Shown here one piece after another: positions 27,327 through 35,638 of a stretch of DNA of 64,000 bases. Position 1 is the stretch's first letter; every line of letters begins with the position of its first letter. Origin of the DNA: a virus; IMG/VR virus record IMGVR_UViG_3300037149_000105, positions 64,001 through 128,000 of that record; one strand, given 5' to 3'. A model generated the notes under the pieces. That model had not been told where the DNA came from. It searched no databases and saw only the letters and a program-made list of their open reading frames with translations. The position numbers and the translations under genes were made by a program.

Positions 27327-27355
27327 TATACAAACTCTCCGGTCTGAGGTATACT
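27327..27355 (+). promoter_or_regulatory. phage early promoter
   Basis: TATACA-N17-TATACT. Confidence 0.75.
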
Positions 27356-27393
27356 AATTGGGAAGGGGCCGAAACCCCACTGAGGAGAATCGC

Positions 27394-27663
27394 ATGGCTC
27401 TCGAACGTCAGGACATCCGTATCTCGAACCGGATATACCTTCTGCTCAACCCGGAGGATTCGGACACCCCGGCCCTGGTCCATACCAAGGACTGGAAGGC
27501 TTCGGCCACCTACACCTGTGTGATGGGTGAGGGAGTCCTCATGTCCAATCGAGATGAGGATGTGGAACTCACGCCCCAGGAACTGAAGACCCTTGACAAG
27601 TATGAGGATCTGGAATGCCAGTATAACGAGGAAGCTCGTAAGGACTGTCCTGAATACCAGTAG
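27394..27663 (+). CDS. hypothetical protein
   Basis: GAGGAG RBS; leader CCCACTGAGGAGAATCGCATGGC duplicated before 27705. Confidence 0.7.
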   Translation: MALERQDIRISNRIYLLLNPEDSDTPALVHTKDWKASATYTCVMGEGVLMSNRDEDVELTPQELKTLDKYEDLECQYNEEARKDCPEYQ

Positions 27664-27704
27664 CCCTCCATGAACGCAATTTCCATCCCACTGAGGAGAA
27701 TCGC

Positions 27705-28028
27705 ATGGCCAAGAAAATCACTCTCGCAACGCTTAAGTCCTTTGTCAGAAAGAACCTCCCCGTTATGTTCATCTGCAAAAGAGCTAGTTTTGACGGGATG
27801 ACGGACTGTGTGGAATACGACAGCAACGCGACTTTTCAACCGGCAAAAGAGGGCGCATCCTATCCTGAAAACACCTTAGGGATTGCGGGCGTCTGGCTGG
27901 TTGGAAGTTCACGTGACCGTATTAGTCGCTATGAAGCCCCAGGCTGGGAAGGATTCGAAGTCTATAATTGCTGTGGGACGTTTGTGGTGGCGGTGAAGGT
28001 AGCCATCCCCATGGAACCGAAACTGTAA
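27705..28028 (+). CDS. hypothetical protein
   Basis: GAGGAG RBS. Confidence 0.75.
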   Translation: MAKKITLATLKSFVRKNLPVMFICKRASFDGMTDCVEYDSNATFQPAKEGASYPENTLGIAGVWLVGSSRDRISRYEAPGWEGFEVYNCCGTFVVAVKVAIPMEPKL

Positions 28029-28067
28029 TTCCCGCCCCTCTGAAGAGGGGCATTCTTTGGAGCCATC

Positions 28068-28460
28068 ATGTCCATAGCTAGCCAGTATCTCGCGTTCGAA
28101 CTTTCAGGGGCTAGTCGTGTCTTTTTGTGGACGCAGTTCAAGCCGCACTTCAAGAAAGTGATGTGCCAGCACATTACCGTCCAGTTCAATCTGACCGAGG
28201 AGTCGGCTGTGCTGCTCCAGGAGCAACTGGCTAACGCTAACCTTCAGGTCGTAGGGTTCCAGATCGGAGACGGGGTGGAGTGTCTGGTGGTGGAGGTGAA
28301 CGGTTCGTCTCGTCGTCCCGATGGGGGCTGCTACCACATCACCCTCAGTCTGGCCGATGGGCATAAGCCGGTCGAGTCCAACCAGCTTATCAAACAGCAG
28401 GGGTTCCAGACTTGTGTCCCAGTCGGAATCGAGGCGGAGCTAAAACTCCTCAACAAATGA
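28068..28460 (+). CDS. 2H phosphoesterase
   Basis: Two HxT motifs: QHITVQF and YHITLSL; KPVESN. Confidence 0.75.
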   Translation: MSIASQYLAFELSGASRVFLWTQFKPHFKKVMCQHITVQFNLTEESAVLLQEQLANANLQVVGFQIGDGVECLVVEVNGSSRRPDGGCYHITLSLADGHKPVESNQLIKQQGFQTCVPVGIEAELKLLNK

Positions 28461-28487
28461 GGCCATCACACAGTAATATGTATTATA

Positions 28488-28811
28488 ATGCCCAATCACT
28501 ACGCCACTTCATGGATGCCCCGAGAGGACTTGGTTATCTCCCTATCCGATGAGACTGCGGCGGAGCGGACTCAAGAGGAACGAGACCAAATGTTCCTAGA
28601 GCTTCGTGAGGTGGTGAAACAGCATGGCTTTGACCTCAACGCCTGGGGCTCTGATGCTTCGTTTAGAAAATATTATCAGGCACCATTGAAGAAAGAATGT
28701 GAAGGTTTCTTTGACGTATGGGACTCATACTGGCTGGCCAATACGTTGGGTGGCCCAACCTTCGACCAATTGAGCGAGGCAGCGGAGCGGATTCGCAAAT
28801 TCATCATTTGA
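28488..28811 (+). CDS. hypothetical protein
   Basis: 107-aa ORF. Confidence 0.6.
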   Translation: MPNHYATSWMPREDLVISLSDETAAERTQEERDQMFLELREVVKQHGFDLNAWGSDASFRKYYQAPLKKECEGFFDVWDSYWLANTLGGPTFDQLSEAAERIRKFII

Positions 28812-28848
28812 CATCTTCCCTGAAATTTGATATGCTGTAAGGGAGGAT

Positions 28849-29259
28849 GTGATGATAAAACTCACTGGCAAGCTTCATTACGACCACACTCCCGAGTACG
28901 GATATCGGCTCGTGCTGGAAATCTGCCCCGGTATTCCCATGTTCTACCGGTGGCTCATCCCCAAGTGGTATCAAGTGAATGGACTGAGGGCCAAGGCTCA
29001 CATCACCGTGATCCGGAGGGAGAAGCCTGCTAACCTTAAGGCATGGGGTAAGTATGAAGGGGAGGTTGTGGAGTATGAGTATGATCCTGAGTCTCTTCAG
29101 ACTGATGGCAAGCTGTACTGGTGGTTAAACTGTTTCAGCCACCGGCTCGAAGCGGTTGCTGAGGAGTTGGGTATGCCCTTTGTCAACTACATCAAACCCG
29201 CCGAAGGTTACCGGAAGGTTTGGCACACCACTGTAGCAAACATGAAACAAACGAATTAA
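28849..29259 (+). CDS. 2H phosphoesterase-like protein
   Basis: AHITVI and WHTTV motifs. Confidence 0.7.
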   Translation: MMIKLTGKLHYDHTPEYGYRLVLEICPGIPMFYRWLIPKWYQVNGLRAKAHITVIRREKPANLKAWGKYEGEVVEYEYDPESLQTDGKLYWWLNCFSHRLEAVAEELGMPFVNYIKPAEGYRKVWHTTVANMKQTN

Positions 29260-29265
29260 TTTCTA

Positions 29266-29295
29266 TATACAAATCTGACCGAAAGTGGGTATACT
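29266..29295 (+). promoter_or_regulatory. phage early promoter
   Basis: TATACA-N18-TATACT. Confidence 0.75.
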
Positions 29296-29313
29296 AGTCT
29301 AAAGGAGTCACAT

Positions 29314-29442
29314 ATGAACCGTCTCGTTCGTCTCGCCCTTCGCGCACAGCGGAATCTTCGCAATCCCCTGGTCTGGTATGTGGCCGGGATGGTTGACCTG
29401 ACCCTCATCCTGCTGGTCTGCAACCACTTCAAGTGGATCTGA
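29314..29442 (+). CDS. small membrane peptide (42 aa, not in ORF track)
   Basis: Own promoter, AAGGAG RBS, terminator hairpin 29460-29483. Confidence 0.6.
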   Translation: MNRLVRLALRAQRNLRNPLVWYVAGMVDLTLILLVCNHFKWI

Positions 29443-29513
29443 TACACAGAAAAGAAATGAAACGCCTCCGAACGGGGGCGTTTCAAGTATTAGCTAGTAA
29501 AGGAGTAGTTCAA

Positions 29514-30239
29514 ATGAAAGAAGGATACACTCACATCTCTGCCATTATCGACCGTTCAGGTTCGATGTTCGGCATCAAAACCGATACCGAGGGCGGGTAT
29601 AACACCTTCCTGAAGGATCAGAAAGAACTGCCAGGGGAGGCTACGATCAGCCTCACTACATTTGACGACCGGATTGAACTCGAATACGGAATGATCGCCA
29701 TCAAGGATGCCCCCGCCTTCACCCTCCAGCCCCATGGTATGACTGCCATGCTGGATGCCATTGGTGTGACCATCAAGAACCTGGGAGCCAAGCTGGCAGC
29801 CATGGATGAAGCCGACCGTCCCGAGAAGGTTCTGGTTGTGATTCTCACTGATGGCGAGGAGAACAGCAGCAAGGAATACACCTATCAGACCATCAAGGCC
29901 ATGATCACCGAACAAACCGAAGTTTACTCCTGGGAGTTCCTGTTCCTAGGAGCCAACCAGGATGCGGTTCTGGCCGGGAGTCAGATTGGCATCTCCGCTG
30001 GCAAGAGCATGAGCTATGCGGCCAACGGAGCCAGTGTGGGCAACACTTTCACAACCATATCCAAATCCAGTTCTGCTTATCGGATGTCGGCCCGAGGGGT
30101 CGCTGCCCCTGATTTCACCAATCAGGATCGCGCTGATTCCATGATTCTGGATCCGAGTGCAGCAACCAGTGTTTCGGCTGGGGTTCCTAACGTTCAGACG
30201 TTCAACCCACCTCCGGTTCCCCCAGCAGATCCTAAGTAA
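29514..30239 (+). CDS. vWA domain protein
   Basis: DRSGSM MIDAS, T.MLDAIG, TDGEENSS, FLGANQD. Confidence 0.85.
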   Translation: MKEGYTHISAIIDRSGSMFGIKTDTEGGYNTFLKDQKELPGEATISLTTFDDRIELEYGMIAIKDAPAFTLQPHGMTAMLDAIGVTIKNLGAKLAAMDEADRPEKVLVVILTDGEENSSKEYTYQTIKAMITEQTEVYSWEFLFLGANQDAVLAGSQIGISAGKSMSYAANGASVGNTFTTISKSSSAYRMSARGVAAPDFTNQDRADSMILDPSAATSVSAGVPNVQTFNPPPVPPADPK

Positions 30240-30306
30240 GCTCAGCGACTAGCCGCTTCTAATGTGTGAACCTACAAAATAGGCTAATGACACGGGAGGA
30301 GCCATA

Positions 30307-30780
30307 ATGTCCATCTTAACCGAGTGGGTCTCTACCCTAGAAGCCACCACTTATCCCTGGACTGATCAGTATTTACATACGCCTAATGGGTTCGACCCAT
30401 TAGGCGTTTTGTGTGAAATGTATCGTCTCACGTTCTCCGCTCAGCCGATTCAGGATCAACCAACTTGGGTTTTGGGCCCTACTGGCACCTTTTACATCTT
30501 CACCGATCCTGGGGCTACTGACGGCATCAGCAACAAGCTCCCTGAGTCGGTTCAGCGATGGGCTGATTTGTTGGAAGCGGATCCAATCATGGTTCTGACC
30601 GATAGCAATGTAGACATTGGCTATCCGGTCTACATCCCTCTGAATGAAGTGGTGGATGGATTGGTTCTGAAGGTGGATACCACCATCCCCCCGGTTTTCG
30701 GGGTGCAGCAGCGGCCTTATTCAAATACTGAAATTATAGCTCTTATCGCTGCATTCGTCGCTTCCTACAATCCTGATTAA
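30307..30780 (+). CDS. hypothetical protein
   Basis: GGAGGA RBS directly after conserved hairpin 30264-30293. Confidence 0.7.
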   Translation: MSILTEWVSTLEATTYPWTDQYLHTPNGFDPLGVLCEMYRLTFSAQPIQDQPTWVLGPTGTFYIFTDPGATDGISNKLPESVQRWADLLEADPIMVLTDSNVDIGYPVYIPLNEVVDGLVLKVDTTIPPVFGVQQRPYSNTEIIALIAAFVASYNPD

Positions 30781-30834
30781 ACTTTTTTGAAAAAAGACTA
30801 ACCAAAAATCAAAACTCGCGGTATTATCTCTAGG

Positions 30835-30885
30835 TAGACGCTAACAGCAATCTCATCCCCTGTAACGGAACGAAACTGCGTCTAG
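30835..30885 (+). ncRNA. CAGCAA-family RNA, copy D (minimal), leader of Ro60-like gene
   Basis: TAGACGC/GCGTCTA stem; CC-CTGTAAC-GG loop; just after -10-like GGTATTAT. Confidence 0.7.
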
Positions 30886-30939
30886 TGTTTTTGTCTCATG
30901 GCCGTGCCATGAGTGGATTGAAACAAATAGGAGATCGTC

Positions 30940-32376
30940 GTGTCCAACCTGCTTAACGCCATCACCCGCACTCAGAACTACACCCGTACCGAGAATGGTG
31001 CGCTGACGCATCAGTCCACGCTGGACGGTGTGCTTGACTTCTATTACCACGCTCCCGCTCGTCGGGGTCAGGACAACACTGCCCTCTTCTTGAAGGCATT
31101 TGGCGAGGACCGTCTGACGGCCATCCGCTGCCTTTTCTACATCCGTGACATCCGTGGGGGTCAGGGGGAGCGTGAGACCTTCCGTCAGGGTCTGCGCGAA
31201 CTGTACAAGAACTTCCGTGAGGTGTTCGACCACATCCTCTCCTATGTGCCGGTCTACGGTCGTTGGGACGACATCGTGGAGTACGTCTCCGATCAGAAGG
31301 TCGTGTCGGTCATCCATGAGCAGCTAAACCTGGATCTCGGATCCGAAGAGGGTGTGAGCCTCCTGGCGAAGTGGATGCCCTCCATCAACACCTCTTCCAA
31401 GGAGACGGTCGCCCTGGCGCACCGATGGGTGAAGGCTCTGGGTTGGACTCCCGTCCAGTACCGCAAGAATCTCTCTACCCTCCGTGGCCGCATCAAGCTG
31501 GTCGAGACCGCCATGTCCCAGAACCAGTGGGACTCCATCTCTTACGGCCAGATTCCATCCCGTGCGGGTCTGCTCTACAAGGATGCGTTCAAGCGTCATG
31601 ATGGTGCTCGTTACGACGAGTTCCTGGCGGCGGTTGTGCGGGGTGAGGAGAAAATCAACTCCGGCACCCTCTACCCCTACGAACTGGTGGCCAAGTCCAT
31701 CGGCCAGAAGGACCAGACCGCCGAGGCGATGTGGAAGTGCCTGCCGAACTATGCGGATACCGACGACAACGCTCTGGTTGTCGCAGATGTTTCGGGCTCG
31801 ATGTGTGGGGCTCGTGGGCCAAGCAACATCGCCCCGATCACCGTGTGCATCAGCCTCGCCATCTATCTGGCTGAGCGGAACAAGGGGATCTTCCACAACA
31901 AGTTCATCACCTTCAGTGAGACCCCGGCTGTCCAGTCTCTCAAGGGGGACACCCTCTACGAGAAGGTCAGCAACCTCTCCAGGGCAACCTGGGGCATGAA
32001 CACCAATCTCCAGTCGGTGTTCAATGTCGTTCTGTCCACGGCGGTCAAGGCGAAGCTCCCGGCCAGCGAAATGCCGACCAAGATTTTCATCATCTCCGAC
32101 ATGGAGTTTGACTCTTGCGTGACGAACAACACCAACCTGGAAGTGATCAAGGCGAAGTATGCGGCCTCCGGCTACACGCTCCCAACCATCATCTTCTGGA
32201 ACGTGGATTCCCGCAACGATCAGACCCCGGTCACGATGGATGAGAAGGGCACGTATCTGGTCTCCGGATGCAGCCCCAGCATCTTCGAAAAGGCCATCAA
32301 GGCTCAGGCGTGTAGTCCCATCGAAATGTGTTTGGAGGTTTTGAACGGACCTCGCTACGAGCCGATCACTCTGTGA
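30940..32376 (+). CDS. DUF2828-family Ro60/TROVE-like protein with C-terminal vWA
   Basis: TENGA, RDIRGGQGER, YGRWDD, LAKWMP, DVSGSM, SDMEFD, IFWNV; strong C3 codon bias. Confidence 0.85.
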   Translation: MSNLLNAITRTQNYTRTENGALTHQSTLDGVLDFYYHAPARRGQDNTALFLKAFGEDRLTAIRCLFYIRDIRGGQGERETFRQGLRELYKNFREVFDHILSYVPVYGRWDDIVEYVSDQKVVSVIHEQLNLDLGSEEGVSLLAKWMPSINTSSKETVALAHRWVKALGWTPVQYRKNLSTLRGRIKLVETAMSQNQWDSISYGQIPSRAGLLYKDAFKRHDGARYDEFLAAVVRGEEKINSGTLYPYELVAKSIGQKDQTAEAMWKCLPNYADTDDNALVVADVSGSMCGARGPSNIAPITVCISLAIYLAERNKGIFHNKFITFSETPAVQSLKGDTLYEKVSNLSRATWGMNTNLQSVFNVVLSTAVKAKLPASEMPTKIFIISDMEFDSCVTNNTNLEVIKAKYAASGYTLPTIIFWNVDSRNDQTPVTMDEKGTYLVSGCSPSIFEKAIKAQACSPIEMCLEVLNGPRYEPITL

Positions 32377-32382
32377 TGTTTT

Positions 32383-32422
32383 ATGGTTCCCGCTTCTGTT
32401 CGAGGAGTGGGAACCATTTTTT
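32383..32422 (+). terminator. intrinsic terminator
   Basis: ATGGTTCCCGCTTC/GGAGTGGGAACCAT + T7. Confidence 0.75.
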
Positions 32423-32457
32423 AAAGCAATAACAAGTGTTTACGCCCAGGAGCTACA

Positions 32458-32700
32458 ATGGCTAAGTCACAGTTCAAACCGATGCCGATGCCGGTCTTTA
32501 ATTGTGCTCCGAATTGGGGTACAGAGCAAGATATCGCTGCCTGGGGTCTGCACGGCTGGGATTTGGCAGAAAAGCTGGCAAGCAAACTTACGCCGGAGCA
32601 GTTAAGCGAGTTTGATTTTAAACCAAGGGATGACATCTCTAAGCGGGTAAGGCACCTCCTAGGTCTGGAGAATTTTACCATCCCCACTGGTTACAACTGA
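32458..32700 (+). CDS. hypothetical protein
   Basis: AGGAG RBS. Confidence 0.65.
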   Translation: MAKSQFKPMPMPVFNCAPNWGTEQDIAAWGLHGWDLAEKLASKLTPEQLSEFDFKPRDDISKRVRHLLGLENFTIPTGYN

Positions 32701-32742
32701 TGCTCAGTATCACCTGGACCCCGTGAACCATCTGGAGGAACC

Positions 32743-32925
32743 ATGAGGAATTTCAAAACCGACCGAATCGAAACCGACTATCGGCACTATGTCGATCTGG
32801 TGAACGAGCGGGATGCGCTCAAGGATGCCATGGAGAAGATTGCCAGTGGAGTCCTCACCGCAGAGGGAGCCATTGACGTTGCCCAGGAAGCCCTCGCCGC
32901 TGGTCCCAAGAATCCCTACGAATAG
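32743..32925 (+). CDS. hypothetical protein
   Basis: GGAGG RBS. Confidence 0.65.
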   Translation: MRNFKTDRIETDYRHYVDLVNERDALKDAMEKIASGVLTAEGAIDVAQEALAAGPKNPYE

Positions 32926-32937
32926 CACCTGTCCAAG

Positions 32938-33528
32938 ATGTCCAGGATCACCTGGACCCCCAAGGAGAACGACATGGAACTTTCAACGATCCTCATTCGC
33001 ACTGGTGCATGTCTTGATGCCCGGATCTGGGCCAAAACTCAGCCCGATCTAGAAACCGCATGGCGCGAGTGCAAACGCTCGGACTGGATGCTCTGGCTTC
33101 TGGCCTGGACCACGCTGAGCCAGGACGATTCCAGGTTGCGCCTCATGGCCTGCGATTTTGCCGAGGCTGTGCTGATCTACGTCCCGGCAGGTGAGGACCG
33201 GCCACGGCGGGCCATCGAGTGCGCCCGGCGGTTTGCCGCTGGAGATGCCACCCGTGCGGAGATGGACGCCGCAGGGGACGCCGCATGCGCCGCACGGGAC
33301 GCCACACGGGACGCATGGGCCGCCGCATGCGCCGCACGGGACGCCGCAGGGGCCGCCGCAGGGGCCGCCGCACGGGACGCCGCACGGGACGCCGCAGGGG
33401 CCGCCGCACGGGCCGCCGCAGGGGCCGCCGCATGGGACGCCGCACGGGACGCCCAGTCAGACATCATTCGTCGCTATTTTCCGGAGTGCCCGGAAATCAA
33501 GCCCGAATTGCTGCATAAGGCCGTGTAG
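32938..33528 (+). CDS. Imm5-like phage protein with Ala-rich tetrapeptide repeats
   Basis: DWMLWL, EDRPRRAI..AR, AARD/AAGA repeats; likely start ATG 32974. Confidence 0.7.
   Translation: MSRITWTPKENDMELSTILIRTGACLDARIWAKTQPDLETAWRECKRSDWMLWLLAWTTLSQDDSRLRLMACDFAEAVLIYVPAGEDRPRRAIECARRFAAGDATRAEMDAAGDAACAARDATRDAWAAACAARDAAGAAAGAAARDAARDAAGAAARAAAGAAAWDAARDAQSDIIRRYFPECPEIKPELLHKAV
33268..33453 (+). repeat. 12-bp tandem repeat GCCGCA(C/G/T)GGG(A/C)C
   Basis: About 15 degenerate units, in frame. Confidence 0.85.
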
Positions 33529-33809
33529 CACCTATCCAGTTAATGGTGAGCAAGTGGGGCTTAAGTAGGGATTACTACATCCGCTCGCTTGACTTATAGG
33601 AATTCTAAACCGCACCTGTCCAAACCCATAAGCAGGCCCGGCAGGATGGGCTCAACCGGGTCGCAGAACTGGAGGCGGAACTCGCCCGATACACCACTCC
33701 GGCAATCCTGCCGATCGATAACTCGCCCATCGCGGGCTGATGTCCAGATGCATGGCGTAAAGTGTCTAGTGTGGGGCATCGACAAAGATCCAACCGTTCT
33801 GGAGAAGAC

Positions 33810-33965
33810 ATGGCTTTTCGAGTAGTTAGACTTGACTATTGGGATTACCACCACCCCACTGGGTTGGTTTTTGAAGATTCGGAGAAGGCTCAGGAAGAAG
33901 CTAACAATCTGAATCGGACTAATCCCGACCCCCTCAGTTGCTACATTATCATGCCGGAGCCTTAA
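33810..33965 (+). CDS. small hypothetical protein
   Basis: GGAG RBS, TAATG coupling to next gene. Confidence 0.55.
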   Translation: MAFRVVRLDYWDYHHPTGLVFEDSEKAQEEANNLNRTNPDPLSCYIIMPEP

Positions 33966-34213
33966 TGTACCATGAACTAAAGACCCTCCCCCAATTCTAT
34001 GATGAAATCATCACTGAAATGAAGCGGTTTGAAATCCGCCAGAACGACCGTAACTTTCAGAAGGGGGATATGCTCCTGCTTCGTGAGTGGGATGGGGAGA
34101 ACTACACCGGACATGCCCAATATGCGCGTGTCACTTACATTACTGACTTTGAACAGAAGCCCGGTTTTGTGGTGATGAGCGTTGTTCTTTGGGACCCCGC
34201 TCCAAACTTTTAA
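33965..34213 (+). CDS. DUF3850/ASCH (PUA-like) domain protein
   Basis: HELK..P.FY, K.FEIR.NDRNFQ.GD.L.LREW. Confidence 0.85.
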   Translation: MYHELKTLPQFYDEIITEMKRFEIRQNDRNFQKGDMLLLREWDGENYTGHAQYARVTYITDFEQKPGFVVMSVVLWDPAPNF

Positions 34214-34220
34214 ATTTCTC

Positions 34221-34250
34221 TATACAAACTCCCCTATTGTGCGGTATACT
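34221..34250 (+). promoter_or_regulatory. phage early promoter
   Basis: TATACA-N18-TATACT. Confidence 0.75.
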
Positions 34251-34269
34251 AATTGTGGAGGAGTTACCC

Positions 34270-35166
34270 ATGAACGGTCTGTCCCCTGAACTGGTCGCCA
34301 TCATCCGCAACGAAAAAAAGGGTGCGTGGCTGAAGAAGTTCGATGAGTCCGTGGATATCATCAACGTCTCCGCCGCTCAGGACGCCTGGGTGCCTCGTGG
34401 CTCCATCAAAGCCAACGTTGGCTTCGGTCAAGGTGTCGGCATCCACACCCCTGAGACCAGCAGCTATACGAAGACCGGCAACATGGTCCTGGGCTACGGC
34501 GACCAGCTTTGGCCCGCAACGGTCGAGAACCCCGACCATGACGCCGAATTCGCCCTCCAGATGTGCCTCCGGTTCGGCTCCACCCCCCACTGTGGGGTTG
34601 ACCACATCGCCAATCGGCTCGAAACCATGACCAACCAGGATGGCAAGCTCATCCGTGGCAAGCACTCCATGGCGTTCGTCAAGGCGTGGGTGGCGTTGTG
34701 CGAAGAGAAGGGCATCATCTGTGCGGCTCTGGACGAAGCCCGCCCCAAGCCCGTCATCACTGACATCGGTCTCTCCCCTCGTGTCACTACCACCCTGGAG
34801 GAGATGGATCTGCGGGTGGACCTCCCCTCCATTAAGATGGCGGAGATTAAATACAATCTGGTCCCTCGCCGTATCGCTGATCGCAAAAATCCCAATTTCG
34901 GCCAACTCATGATGAGCCGGGATGGGAACGCTTCTCTGCTAGACAAGGCTTACTACGTAGCATGGACCCCTGGCACTCTGCATCGGGTTACCCGCTTCAG
35001 CGGCCTGAACTGCAACTGTGAAGCCTGTGGCAAGCACATTCCCTCCGGTATGTTCGTGCCCATCGAAGCGGATGATCGCAAAATCGGGCACATCGGAATG
35101 TGGATCGGCTGTGACTGCGCCCGCAACATCTTCGGTGTCAAAGACATCGGTCTCGAAAGGAAGTAG
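34270..35166 (+). CDS. hypothetical protein with C-terminal Zn finger
   Basis: GGAGGAG RBS; CEACGK...GCDCA. Confidence 0.8.
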   Translation: MNGLSPELVAIIRNEKKGAWLKKFDESVDIINVSAAQDAWVPRGSIKANVGFGQGVGIHTPETSSYTKTGNMVLGYGDQLWPATVENPDHDAEFALQMCLRFGSTPHCGVDHIANRLETMTNQDGKLIRGKHSMAFVKAWVALCEEKGIICAALDEARPKPVITDIGLSPRVTTTLEEMDLRVDLPSIKMAEIKYNLVPRRIADRKNPNFGQLMMSRDGNASLLDKAYYVAWTPGTLHRVTRFSGLNCNCEACGKHIPSGMFVPIEADDRKIGHIGMWIGCDCARNIFGVKDIGLERK

Positions 35167-35167
35167 T

Positions 35168-35332
35168 ATGAACGACAGCAATCAACAAGCCATTTTTTGG
35201 GGTGGAGTCATCATTAGCTTCGCCATCGGCCTCCTAACTCGTGCAGAGTTTGGATGGATCAGCTTTGGAGTGATGCTGGTGCTGAGTGGACTGATTAGCC
35301 ACTTCTATGGGAACAAAGAGGAGGAGGAATAG
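35168..35332 (+). CDS. small membrane protein
   Basis: Two hydrophobic segments. Confidence 0.6.
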   Translation: MNDSNQQAIFWGGVIISFAIGLLTRAEFGWISFGVMLVLSGLISHFYGNKEEEE

Positions 35333-35333
35333 G

Positions 35334-35579
35334 ATGACAAGTGTTATCTCATGGGCCATTCTCACCTTTGCTGGAGTTCTGATTTGCTGGCTCTATTTCA
35401 TGGCCATAGCGGATCGGATGAAGCAGCACAGACTCACTCGCTGTGGTCTCATGTCCTACACTCCAAAGGACCAACTCCAGACTGACGTTCAAGCTCGGGT
35501 GGATTATGATCACTGCTGGCTGCGCTACAAAGCTCTCCTGAACACACAGTGGGCCAAAGCGCATCCACCAGAAAATTAA
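35334..35579 (+). CDS. small membrane-anchored protein
   Basis: GGAGG RBS, N-terminal TM helix. Confidence 0.6.
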   Translation: MTSVISWAILTFAGVLICWLYFMAIADRMKQHRLTRCGLMSYTPKDQLQTDVQARVDYDHCWLRYKALLNTQWAKAHPPEN

Positions 35580-35638
35580 TAAAATTTAATGCATACTTCC
35601 TCTACCCGTGGTATACTTAAGGTAGAGGAGATAACCCC

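Noticed and set aside
33268-33453. Tandem repeat as CRISPR array or DGR element
   Set aside because: 12-bp in-frame coding repeat without spacers; no reverse transcriptase or template repeat in the window.
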